Below are positions 39,801 through 48,990 of a stretch of 64,000 nucleotides of DNA, piece by piece. The number at the start of each line of letters is the position of its first letter. Within the stretch, counting starts at the first letter, position 1. The stretch comes from Azolla caroliniana (taxonomy: Eukaryota; Plantae; Polypodiophyta): positions 1 through 64,000 of the forward strand of contig JBHGNT010000013.1 of the NCBI GenBank assembly GCA_043228905.1. The letters are read 5' to 3'. A program made the translations under genes and the position numbers. Below the pieces are notes generated by a model. The model was given only the letters and a program-made list of their open reading frames with translations, did not search any database and was not told where the DNA came from.

Positions 39801-40451
39801 GCATCCGATCTCCCTCGATGTGAACGCGAATGCTTTGCCATGTTGCTCCAACATCTCTCGAAACCGTTTTTCTTCTTCTTGTAAGAGGAACCCACCTCCA
39901 CCGATCCGAAGTTTCTTCCGGGTCTCATCTGTGAAGGCATGTCCGATATCCACGGACTTCCGAAGTGTCGGATCTCCCGAGACTTCTTTCTTCTTTTGTT
40001 CGCTATCGGCGGGTAGTGGTCCCGCGGCCGGTTTCACCTTCTTCTCCACGGTCTTGTATTTCGTACTTACCATTGCTTCTTCTTTGCGGAGCGCATCCGG
40101 CCCCATTTTCGCAACGATCTCGTACATCTCGACCGATTCCACCGGGACTACCCGGTTCCCTTGGCTTTTATCTTCCGCAAGATCTTCAAGCCGTTGTAGT
40201 GTATTCCCATAGAACACTTCCTCGATTACTCCCACGATTTCTTCGTCTTCTTTTATTATTGATGCCGACCGTAACTTATCCTCCACTTGTCGGTATTGTT
40301 TCTTCATTCCTCCGGTTACGGCCGTGTACGTAGATGCCCCATCCGGCCCGATTCGTACTTGTTTTGCTCCGAGAGTTTTCTTCCTGTGTGGGGTATCAGG
40401 GCTTCTCAGACTATCACTTCCCCAATCCGCAACAGTCCGCTTTAAAAATCC
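36840..40451 (-). CDS. pol: pol of D (RT-RNase H-integrase), probably reached by -1 frameshift
   Basis: 1155-aa ORF from ATG 40307 with FLDDI, VDTS..KREL..TDC, integrase core and WFGPY. My manual translation shows the frame stays open upstream through the ORF1 stop to the slippery site at 40445-40451. Confidence 0.95.
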   Translation of the reverse strand, partial: GFLKRTVADWGSDSLRSPDTPHRKKTLGAKQVRIGPDGASTYTAVTGGMKKQYRQVEDKLRSASIIKEDEEIVGVIEEVFYGNTLQRLEDLAEDKSQGNRVVPVESVEMYEIVAKMGPDALRKEEAMVSTKYKTVEKKVKPAAGPLPADSEQKKKEVSGDPTLRKSVDIGHAFTDETRKKLRIGGGGFLLQEEEKRFREMLEQHGKAFAFTSREIGCIDPKIVEPMVIFTIDHVPWNLKPIPVPRAHIPKVIDLLKEKVAMGILEPSSAPYSNRWFTVPKKNGSLRFIQDLQPVNKVTIRNSGVGPIVDEFAEAFAGRAIYSIGDLYSGYDQFQLPVESRDITTMRTPIGLVRMCTLPQGATNSVAHMMNAMNKVLRDCIPEITMPFLDDIPMKGCAVEEKDETMDDRGCRKFVVDHIHDCEKVLRKLEDVHLTLSGEKSAFGQEEILVVGHLCGPYGRRPSPTKIDAIQAMKEVCESTSEVRRFLGACAFYHIWIPHYAHIADPLYHLLRKGKKFEWKPEHTKAMRKLKKTLWRAESLKKPSYERPIIVTVDTSPTGIGWVINQADSDGSRYPIRFGAKVLNERQRGYAQVKRELWGVVSAIKSDRDYLIGAEVVIETDCLPILGMMRCCTIPDVAMLRWIAYVKSLNPEVRHISGKDNAVADMLSRARFEDDITESDNEEVSEDYFTSEHICRVNVIREFREEEYEGETLMIGKMLQEVEDSTNDKERRAEIRRKKRQVQNFFLENFLIWRTPKRPDGIPLRVLGTKEQRNRIMSEFHESDWAGHRGTWATFVKIKQRYWWKNMYKDVAEFTESCEKCQVYSGVRHRDELHPTFSPTINFKWMVDIVAMPTGIGQKKYLVLAREDLTNQVEGRALRRKTCAAVCQFLLEEVFCRYGCVGQVIADRGELDSDKARGFFAKHGVRLTLTTAYHPEANGKIERGHSPIVKALAKACDGRVKDWPQMLPYALWADRTTHSSVTGYMPAELMTGQAPVMPTETAIATWTILPWKEEMSREELLAVRIRQLEGRPKDVAEASRRQQEARFRNKRRFDTKHRLRPRRIEEGDWVIVYDSSLDHQHTTMRKFAKRWFGPYEVRKVFDNGTYRLSELDGTILRVPIAGKRVKIFKKRTDDKPYVIQVEADNEEQSDEDHNDAGSEESGLQLIVDIRGESEEASDEDGYEESRTSAHTGGCAGLEGASVVV

Positions 40452-42568
40452 ATTCTCACTTGGGACAAGAGTTCCCTCTTGTTCCTTTCGTGATTTGCCG
40501 GCACCGTTAGGAATTGGACGGATTTCCTTCCGTTTTGGCTCCGAATTCGCGCAAAAGCCGCACCACTATCGAGCACCTTCGTCTCCATCCGGGAAGCCGT
40601 GATAAAGGGTTGGCCGAGGATGACAGAATGTGAAACCTCATCCTGCACAAAGAAATTTTGGTCAATTTCTACATCCCCGATCTTTACCGTCACATCCGGA
40701 CAAGCCGCAAATAGGTCTTCTGTCGTTTTCGTGGCTGCCCGAATCTTCCATCCATGGTTGGTGTTTATAGGCCACTTCCCCTTTCGGTAGAACTCCTTGG
40801 ACATCAAGTTGATCTCCGATCCGTGATCAATCAATGCTAGCACGGGTTCTTTGATGTTGCCGATTCGGACCGGAGTCTCCGTAGTCGCACGTGCCCAGTG
40901 TGGCCTTGTATAGTGGGAGTTCGGAATTTCGCCTTCCACTTCGGTGTCGTTCATTGAAACGGTATTTGCATTCACCCTTGGAGCATTTTCCTCCGTACTT
41001 TGTCTCTTCCTTTTTACGAGATCCACAAGAAGATCGTGAAACTCCTTCTTCGCTATTCCGAGTAGTTCCCGCAGCGAAAAATCTACCCGGCTATCCAAGA
41101 TTCTTTCCTCGAACACTCTTTTCAAGTCGGTTTGTTGTTCTATGTCCGAGGCGAGCTTGAATGCCGGAGTCGCCTTTTCTTTTCCCTTACCTCCGGAGTT
41201 CCAGCTTTCCGGTATCTTCGATGGTCCGGCCGCATCCTCCGTGCGCCGTCGTTTCTCGTCCACATACACCTCATGTAATTGACACAGGGCGTATATGCTA
41301 TTCTTGTCGACAGGGCACTCCCATCCCGTAGCTTCCCGGACGCCTTCCGCGGTGTTTCGGATATCGTTGGAGTCGGTTTTCTCGGTGTTTCCTAGCACCT
41401 CCGGCCAGAAAGACGCCTTCGCTCCCGATGACTCCCCGACACATATTCCCGCGGTTGTCGCATAGTTGCTTCTTGCCGCTAACTCCTCCTCGAGCACCTT
41501 CTTCATGCCGCCTTTCCGGAAGTTCGGTCGGAGTGGCTTCCGAGAGTCCATCGAATGAATCCGGTTTCCCTCGTAGTAGATGAGATCCCGTCGTAGCGCC
41601 TCCTTATGGTCGTTGCAATCCCTCTGATCGTGTTCGGCGCTATCGCACCATATGCACCGTCGATCCATATATTTGGAGCTTGTGGGGCGGTCGTCCGACT
41701 TCTTCACCATTGCGATCTTTAGATTCTCCATCTCCTTCAGCAGCTGCTCCACCGTAGACGCGTCGACTCCCTTCTCGGCCGTAATCTCCCGAGCCCTCGG
41801 TTGATGGTCTTCCAGTCCCGTTCTCGGTTTCGGAATCGGTTCCGAAACCCTCTTTTCTTCGTTGGCAAGCCATTGCCCCCTCTTCGTGTACCGCGCGACG
41901 ATATCCCGCACGCTTTCCCATGTTTCGGTGAGGCCGCTTTCGGTGGTCGTGTCCTCAAGAAGCACTCCGAGATCTTTCCGGTCCCGGACGTCCACAGCTC
42001 GCAAAAACATGATGACTTTGTCCGGTGCAAGAATAGTTTGATCTCTCGCGGACAACCTCCCGAACCGACTTTCGAATGTCGAAAACACTTCGAGGACCTT
42101 CAGCCCCTTACTTGACGTTTCCACCCAATCCTCGAATCCCCTCCGCGTTGCCTTGGAGGAGTCCTCGATGGCAAACGTGGTCTTTAACGCCTCTTCGAAT
42201 GCTTCCCACGTCGGATTTTCTTGTTGCAACCCGTGGATACTCCCTTGAAGCCCGTCGGTCGCCACCCGGTTAAAGGATGTCACTTGCAGTCCTTCCGAAG
42301 CCCGGCACCGGAGCATCTCCGCCTTGTAGTCCTGCAAATATTGCGACACATCCTTACCATTAAATTGCCCGTTGCGTTGCACGAGCCGCTCTACTGATGC
42401 CGAAATCTCCGACATCGTGCGTTGTTCTTGAAGCATCCGTTCGAACATCGCCATCATATTGTTAGCTTGTTGAGCCTCCATCTCCTTGCCACCCGTCTTC
42501 ACGTCGGGTTCACCAACTGTGTCGTGCCTTTCGGCTCCGGATCGTTGCGTGAGTCGGGTGGGAACCAC
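40442..42568 (-). CDS. gag: gag-protease ORF of D
   Basis: 708-aa ORF: FNGKDVSQYL gag motif, CIWCDSAEHDQRDC knuckle, aspartic protease ALIDHGSEIN...ILGQPF. True start is probably the ATG near 42481. Confidence 0.92.
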   Translation of the reverse strand: MVPTRLTQRSGAERHDTVGEPDVKTGGKEMEAQQANNMMAMFERMLQEQRTMSEISASVERLVQRNGQFNGKDVSQYLQDYKAEMLRCRASEGLQVTSFNRVATDGLQGSIHGLQQENPTWEAFEEALKTTFAIEDSSKATRRGFEDWVETSSKGLKVLEVFSTFESRFGRLSARDQTILAPDKVIMFLRAVDVRDRKDLGVLLEDTTTESGLTETWESVRDIVARYTKRGQWLANEEKRVSEPIPKPRTGLEDHQPRAREITAEKGVDASTVEQLLKEMENLKIAMVKKSDDRPTSSKYMDRRCIWCDSAEHDQRDCNDHKEALRRDLIYYEGNRIHSMDSRKPLRPNFRKGGMKKVLEEELAARSNYATTAGICVGESSGAKASFWPEVLGNTEKTDSNDIRNTAEGVREATGWECPVDKNSIYALCQLHEVYVDEKRRRTEDAAGPSKIPESWNSGGKGKEKATPAFKLASDIEQQTDLKRVFEERILDSRVDFSLRELLGIAKKEFHDLLVDLVKRKRQSTEENAPRVNANTVSMNDTEVEGEIPNSHYTRPHWARATTETPVRIGNIKEPVLALIDHGSEINLMSKEFYRKGKWPINTNHGWKIRAATKTTEDLFAACPDVTVKIGDVEIDQNFFVQDEVSHSVILGQPFITASRMETKVLDSGAAFARIRSQNGRKSVQFLTVPANHERNKRELLSQVRMDF
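42498..42515 (-). promoter_or_regulatory. Primer binding site of D, tRNA-Trp
   Basis: TGGTGAACCCGACGTGAA, complementary to the plant tRNA-Trp 3' end (...TTCACGTCGGGTTCACCA, recalled sequence). Confidence 0.88.
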
Positions 42569-43295
42569 AGAGGTCTTGGACTAGGAGAAAGAAGTTCGTG
42601 AGATAGAGATTAATTATGAGTAAATAGCAAAGAGAAAGATAAGAAACTCGTGAATCACACGAGTACACTATATTAATTGGTACTTAGGGTGTTAAGAGAG
42701 AAGTAGATGTATAAATCGTGAATCCCACGAGTAATTTTTGTATTAATTAATACTTAATCCAAATAAACAACAACCCTTTACATATCTCTCTCCTCCTTAT
42801 ATAAGGATAGAAGAGCTAAGCATGGCTTCATGCTTTTTTTTTTTTTTTTACAAAAAGTGTTCATGTCCACTAAATGTGCATGTGATGCTTTTTTTTTTTT
42901 TTTCCTAAGTATAGGGCTCATGCACGCTAGATGTGCATGAGTTATTTTTTAGTGTCTCGTGTTTTTTTTTTTCTTTTTCATATATTAAAAAAATACACGA
43001 TTTACCTTTTAATAAAGGTATGCATAAATAAAGGTCCTATACATATTAAATCTATATTTAAAACACTTAAGATAATTTAATGTAATGGTAAGGTTGGGGT
43101 GTGTCAACGTGGAGGTGCAGAGTTCGAATCACGCCCTGCGCAGTAGTGAGTATTTCTTTATTTTACATTTATGTCTCTTTATCGGCTCTTCCTTGCCGGT
43201 ATGCCGTTTTCTTCCGGTTCTCACCGAGCACTCCATTCTCTATCCGGAGGGACAAAAATATAATTTCCACATAGTGTGCAACCTACACTACGACA
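42520..43295 (-). repeat. 5' LTR of D
   Basis: Copy of 36077-36852 with about 3 substitutions seen by eye. Confidence 0.95.
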
Positions 43296-43574
43296 CCGTA
43301 TTGGCTGACACGGGAATACAACGGGTCCTATCAGATAGGGACACTTGCCGGTGAAGTACTAGGCAAGTGGGTGAACGGATTTAGACTAAAGCCCTATAAA
43401 GGACCGATGCCAAATAACCCGTTTATGCAGCCCACCGGCACTATACCGGGAACCTGTCCGGGAACGGTACGGATGGAAGAAAAAGACGACGGGGAACCCG
43501 TAGCAGAGGCGAAGGAAGACACGGCAACCCGTAAGGAAAACGGTAAGGGTCCGAAGGGACCTACGGATGTGTAA
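43296..43574 (+). pseudogene. C-terminal end of the integrase of A
   Basis: YWLTREYNGSYQIGTLAGE..VNGFRLKPY continues the GPY/F module. Confidence 0.92.
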
Positions 43575-43964
43575 GATCACATACCGTCATTAAATAATAA
43601 TAATAATAATAATAAAATAAAATAAAATAAAATAAAATCATTAAAAATCGAGGTATGAACGGACCTGAAGGCAAGGAGCGAAAAGGTACGTAGTGGGCAT
43701 TTAAGAGCCGCCACGTTACTTAATACTAAATCGGTACACGACGTGCGCATGCTCGAAAAAGGCGCCAAGACGCACAGAGAAAAAGAAGAACGCATGGAGA
43801 CCTTCTTTTTTCGCGAGCCAAGAAGCACAGAAGCACCAAGGCAGTGGAAGCTTAGCAAACGCGAACCTGCACTCAGAGAACCCCCACGTTCGGAACGCTC
43901 TCTCTCTCGCTCTCACTCTCATCACCACTCTACCTCGCCATCTTTCCTCGACCTCGAAGCAGAC

Positions 43965-46642
43965 ATGGAACCACAAACGCTGTCGGAAGCGGCCAGGAAA
44001 TGGTTCAGGCAACACGGACTGGATGGGTTCTTGGCCATCATGGAGGCACCACCGCACAGAGAAGCCGACCGGGTCATCAAGGAGCTCGACACAGAAGTCA
44101 TCACCGAGGAAGCGATCCGTGCGCTAACAGGCCTTCCGGAGGGAGGTATCTTTCAGATCGATAACCCAACCTCGGAGCAACTCATCCGATATTTCGGTGA
44201 GTACTCTGTTGCCGGCAAGGGCTATCGAACGCAGGGCGGCGAAGATCCGCTATTCAGGGAGATAGCTCGAGTGCTCCATGAGTATGGCCACGTGTACCCC
44301 CGACCCCCTGTCATGCCAAAAAATCGGGCAGGGATGATCATAGCCACCTATGAAGGGACCAAGGTGGATTGGCCGGTGTTGATTGCAGACGGTTTGTGCG
44401 TGGCAATCGACATGGTACGAGGAAAGGACGTCAAGGAGGGCCGGAAGCTGTGGCATGCCGTAGCTCAGTGGATAACATTGCTCGTGCCACCGGTCGAGAC
44501 CGTCCAGCCAAAGAAGCGGCCAAGATTATCGGAAGGAAGCACCTCGAAGCCGGCGTCCAAACGACAGCAGCTGCTGGCGTCGAAGGCGACGAAAGGGAAG
44601 AAACGGCTTCTAGAACCGGAGGAGGTGTCACCGGCCCCACCCGTTAAGATAACCATACGGCGACCGGGACAGAAGGAACCGGAACCCTTGACGGCACAGA
44701 AACAGGCCGTTACCCAGGAAGAGGAAACGGAGGAACCAGAAGAGCACCTCCAACGACGGTCAAGAAGTAGGACCGCCGGGACAGCGGGGGAGCGTTCGTA
44801 CCCGCAAGAGGAAGAAACGCCCCCAACTCAACCTGAGCAAACCACAAGGGAGGAACCGGAACCGGTGCGTATGGAACCGGCCTTGTCGACTTCTATAGAA
44901 GAAGTCATTCCAACGGCTCCGGAGACGGCGAGAACCGGAACTCAACAGCCGGCGAGCCCAGCCAGCACACACGGCGGCCAAGGAGTAGAACCAGAACGGC
45001 AGATACAGGCACTCAGGCCAGACAATTCCACAGTGAACGAGCCGACCCGACCAGTACAGCAGCAAGGCACCAGTAGCATGTGGCTACGGTGGGTAGGCGA
45101 GCAAATCGCCGGAGTGGTCGAGTACATAGAGGCGGAGGAGAGAGCGCACCACAAACGGTTGCTCGTAACAACCGTAGATCTAGAGACGGCCCGGTCCAGA
45201 ATCCGGAGCCTTGAACAAGACTTGGACAGGGTCACAAGGGAAATGGCTCAATTGGCTTTGACAACACAAGTCCAAGCACCGGTGACTCCGGGCACTGTAC
45301 AGAATAAAGCGTCAGATCAACCTGTACATAGCAATCAGACCCCGGCAAGGGAAACCGTTCCGGAGAGAAATGCGGCACAAGCCCAAGAAGCACTGAGGAG
45401 CCGCGAAAGAGAGTTGAAGATGGCAGCGGAGGCAGAACTCAAAAAGACTGCTGAGAATCTACGCCGGGCGGAGGAGAGCTTACGGAAAGGCCACCAAGCA
45501 TACGACCCGCTCAAGGAGGAGAAGGAGAAAATGCTGCAAGGAAGGACAGGCTCCGGAGGAATGCCGAAACAGAAGTAGAGCGCCTGAAAGAGGAACTCCG
45601 GCAGGTAAAGGACCGGGAGGACCGGGAGGACCGGAACCATCGCCAGATCAACGGCAAGCTCAAACAAAAAACGGAGGAATTTGAGCACTTGCACCGGGAG
45701 TATAAATGGTTGCAAACGGAGCACAAGGAACGGACAGATGAGCTCCGGCAAGCAGTTGATCGGACCGCAACGGCATACGCTAAGGAACAAGCGGAAACCA
45801 GAAGACGATTGGAAGAGGCGGAGAAGGTTCGGACAGAGCTCCTCAGGCAACAGCAGGCGGAAAAAGAAAGAGCGGCGGAGGTACTGCAGAGGCTGCAGAC
45901 AACATATCAAGGGCAGCTGACGCGCTACAGAGAGCAGGCGGAGGATACGGCGAATCTTATCAAGCAGTTGAAGGAGGAACGACAAGTTGTGGAAAGTAGA
46001 GCGGAAATGGGAGCAAGTCGTATCCAGGATATCATGCGGGCCTGGCTGAACCAGACCAAGAGCTTGATTGACAACGGTTCCGTCAAATGGTGGACCAAGT
46101 GGGCCACGAACGCGGCGGAACTCCAATTGCTCCGGGCCGACACAGAGAACCGGCGGAAGGAGGGAGATGATTGCTATATGCTGACTTCTGAAGACTTCAC
46201 CGGTATAAGAGACGAGCTGGCCGAAGACTTTCAAGCCTTGGCAGAGGACCAACTAGGGCAAGTCCGGCAACTTGTAGCTCAGCTGGACGACGACAGGCTG
46301 GAGGCGCAGATCCAGTTTGAAAGCTACGAGAGGTCCCGGATCCGGGAAGAGAAAGCACGAGAACCGGTTACGGTCAACCTCAGTGATGAGGAACCGTTAC
46401 TGGAAGGAGACCGGACCGGAAGCAGTCAAACGGAGATGCCAGAGTCAGAGAAACAAACGGAGCAGCCGGAGCAGTCTCAGTCCCAACCGCAACCACAGCA
46501 GCAGCAAGCAGAGCAGCCGGAGCAGCCTCAGGCCCAACCGCAACCACAGCAGCAGCAGCAAGCACAGCCACAACAACCACAACCGGAAGAACAAGTGGAA
46601 ACTCTGGAACAAAGTATTTTGGACAATTTGGGTGAACAATGA
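43965..46642 (+). CDS. Extra sense ORF3 of A (about 890 aa once one frameshift near 45540 is repaired); function unknown
   Basis: ORFs 43743-45578 and 45689-46642; globular N-domain, low-complexity linker, coiled-coil-like region, conserved C-domain; homologue present in B. Confidence 0.85.
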
Positions 46643-46654
46643 AGGGGCCGAGAA

Positions 46655-46692
46655 GGGTTCGACGTACAAGGTACTGTCCCACGGGCGTGCCA
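46655..46692 (+). other. tRNA-3'-end-like motif (inverted PBS) at the PPT position of A
   Basis: GGGTTCGACGTACAAGGTACTGTCCCACGGGCGTGCCA, 2 nt before the 3' LTR; 32/38 identical to the equivalent site in B. Confidence 0.85.
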
Positions 46693-46694
46693 TG

Positions 46695-47113
46695 TGTTAC
46701 CGGCCGGCAAGGAGTCCAAAATACGGAGTGAAGGAATTAATTAAGTATGGTTGTAAAAAAGCATAGTGTGGACGGACGGACTGGAAACGGTATGCCGTTC
46801 CAGATCCGGACGGATCCCGAATAGGTGCGATAGGCACCGTTTTGTACTACGGGCCGGAAACCTATTTAAAGGCCCGGACCCCATTGTAATCGCAGCGGAT
46901 AATTAATAGAGCATATGGTGTTTATACTTCTGTGTTGATTTCCGTTCTGTACTTACTGTTATATCTTACGCGTGTAATTAACTAAAGCACTCTAATCGTG
47001 TAACCTACGTAAGTCGGTGTAATCGTTGAATCTTAATCCTATGCCGTAATCACCCTTTGGTGAAGTGTCTCCGTGACACCTTGTGTTAGGCCTTGTCCGG
47101 TCAGAGAATAACA
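46695..47113 (+). repeat. 3' LTR of A
   Basis: Identical by eye to 30019-30437. Confidence 0.97.
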
Positions 47114-48462
47114 TGGTGGTCGGCTGCACAGGGTGACCTCCACCAAAGAGGAGGGGTCTGCATCTCGATTAGCAATCAGGCCCGTTACGAAGTAACATCA
47201 CATGGCACGCTGGTGGTGGGTAGAGACTTATATGTGCTTTTGAAATGGGATCTCCTTCAGGTTGGGGTGCTAAACATTTATGCTCCTAACTCTTCCCCTG
47301 AGAGAGCAATCTTTTGGAGGATGCTAGTGACAACATTGCCTGATGCAGAGGCGTGGGTAATGGCCAATGATTTCAACATGACTGAGCACTTAGGAGATAG
47401 GAAAGGGGGTACCCAAAGACTGCTTCATGGTGCGGAGTTGGACTCATGGGCTTTCCTAATTGGCAAAATTGGGGTAAAGGATACATGGGGCTCTTCCCTT
47501 AGGAGATGCTCACATTTGCTACACTTCTCCCGAGCTTCCGCGAATGCTAGGGGTGGTAGCCTTGCACGGCTAGACCACATATACATCAGCTCGTCCCTCG
47601 AAGAGCTGGGGGGCTCCTTCGCTATCTTGGCAAGTCTTACCTTCTTTGATCACCAGCTGATGAGACTAGACCTTAACCCACCCCGTGGTAGCAAAGGGAG
47701 TCTCAATGTGAAAATCCCCACAAAGATCATGAAGAGTGCAAAGGTGAAAGCAGGGTTGCAGAGCATATGGCGGAGACCATTGTAAGTGAATCGGCCAATG
47801 AGGAATTGCAGAAAAAATTGGCCCTCTCCTCCTCCTTTTTACAATAGGAAACAAAGCTGGCCCTCCAGCAGGCTAGAGCCATTGAAACTAAATTACGGAA
47901 GTCCGTTGCGGCTGTGCAATGGTTGCTACAAGTAGACCCTAGCTGCAATTGGTCTAGAGCTAAGTTGGAGGAAGCAAAGATGAAGCTGTAGGAAAGGATG
48001 TTGGAGAAGAATCGAATGTTATTTCGAAGGACCGCAACATGGTGGGCTAGAACAGACGACAAGGTCAACCGTCATTTCTTTTACTCTAGGGCACCCAATG
48101 GTGATGGTGGACATATACAAAGGTTGCGCAAACCAAACGGCTCAATAACGGAGGACAAGGATGAGATTCTGCATATGGCAACACAATACTATCGCGACTG
48201 GCTCGCACCTATGCATATGTGGCAAAACATGGAGCTAGCTGAGAGGGTGCTGACTTGCATTCACCCCAACGTAACCCATGAGATGGAAGTTGTGCTCGAT
48301 AGCCCTATTTCTCGATTAGAACTCTCGGAAAGGAGCATGCCCCGGCCCCAATGGTCTCTCACGAGACTTTTTTGAGATTCATTGGGAAACTGCTATCCCG
48401 TCATTAGAAGCCGGGGTTTAGGAGATTTGGACCTCAGGAGCGATGCCAACTGGCCTAGCTAA
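47114..48462 (+). pseudogene. L1 ORF2 continuation (endonuclease, linker, start of RT), interrupted by B
   Basis: LNIYAPN, DFN, RLDHIY and DH motifs; D..NRHFF; PISRLEL; ends EIWTSGAMPTGLA at the LTR of B. Confidence 0.9.
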
Positions 48463-48950
48463 TGTTAACTATTCTATCGGAAACACCTTCGATATGCCTA
48501 CAAGCTATCGATATCAAGGGAAGTGTAATCGTGAAGACTAGTGCACGGAGGTGTCGTTAGGGGGAGAACACGGAGAGCATACCTAGAATAGAGCCCGGTC
48601 GTATACGTAGTTGAGACCTTAAAAGCGACGACACATAGATGAAAACAACAAGAGCTATAGATATGTATTACTACAATAGTTAGCGATGATTACAAAAGAA
48701 CACGACCCACAACTGGTAGCCTTACAAAGCTCTTATAACTATGAACCGACCTCCCTAGGCTCTGGATATATCCCCCTTGCCGAGGTACGTAGACCTCGGT
48801 TTATATACTTCTTTTCCTTCATACAGCGTCGAGCGGTCGGCTGACTGTGAGGCTCGAAAGTCGGCGTTTTACCTAATTCTCCCTTACTTACTCGCCTTAC
48901 TTCCGGCGTATTATATTTAACTAATTTCTAATTTTGGCCTATGGACAACA
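48463..48950 (-). repeat. 3' LTR of B (488 bp)
   Basis: Minus TGTTG...TAACA with TATATAAA near 48805 followed by TTGTAAT; it breaks the L1 frame at 48462. Predicted TSD GCTAA. Confidence 0.85.
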
Positions 48951-48952
48951 CC

Positions 48953-48990
48953 TGGCACGCCCATGGGACAAGACTTTGTCCGTCGGACCC
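48953..48990 (-). other. tRNA-3'-end-like motif (inverted PBS) at the PPT position of B
   Basis: Minus GGGTCCGACGGACAAAGTCTTGTCCCATGGGCGTGCCA, 2 nt before the 3' LTR. Confidence 0.85.

Larger units (their letters stand above)
36077..43295 (-). mobile_element. Apparently intact Ty3/gypsy element D (tRNA-Trp PBS, 4-bp TSD) nested in the integrase of A
   Basis: 776-bp LTRs, TSD CCGT (36073-36076 and 43296-43299); removing it restores GGC CCG TAT TGG (GPYW) in A. Confidence 0.97.
30019..47113 (+). mobile_element. Full-length Ty3/gypsy non-chromovirus element A (contains nested element D)
   Basis: Two 419-bp LTRs, TSD TGGTG (30014-30018 and 47114-47118), PBS, gag-PR-RT-RH-INT and an extra 3' ORF. 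No chromodomain or second (archaeal-type) RNase H seen. Confidence 0.97.

Noticed and set aside
46641-46657. Purine-rich GAAGGGGCCGAGAAGGG as the PPT of A
   Set aside because: About 40 nt from the LTR and not conserved in B.
48934-48948. TGGCCTATGGACAA resembling the tRNA-Arg D-arm
   Set aside because: Opposite strand to the tRNA-like 3' end and absent from the LTR of A.
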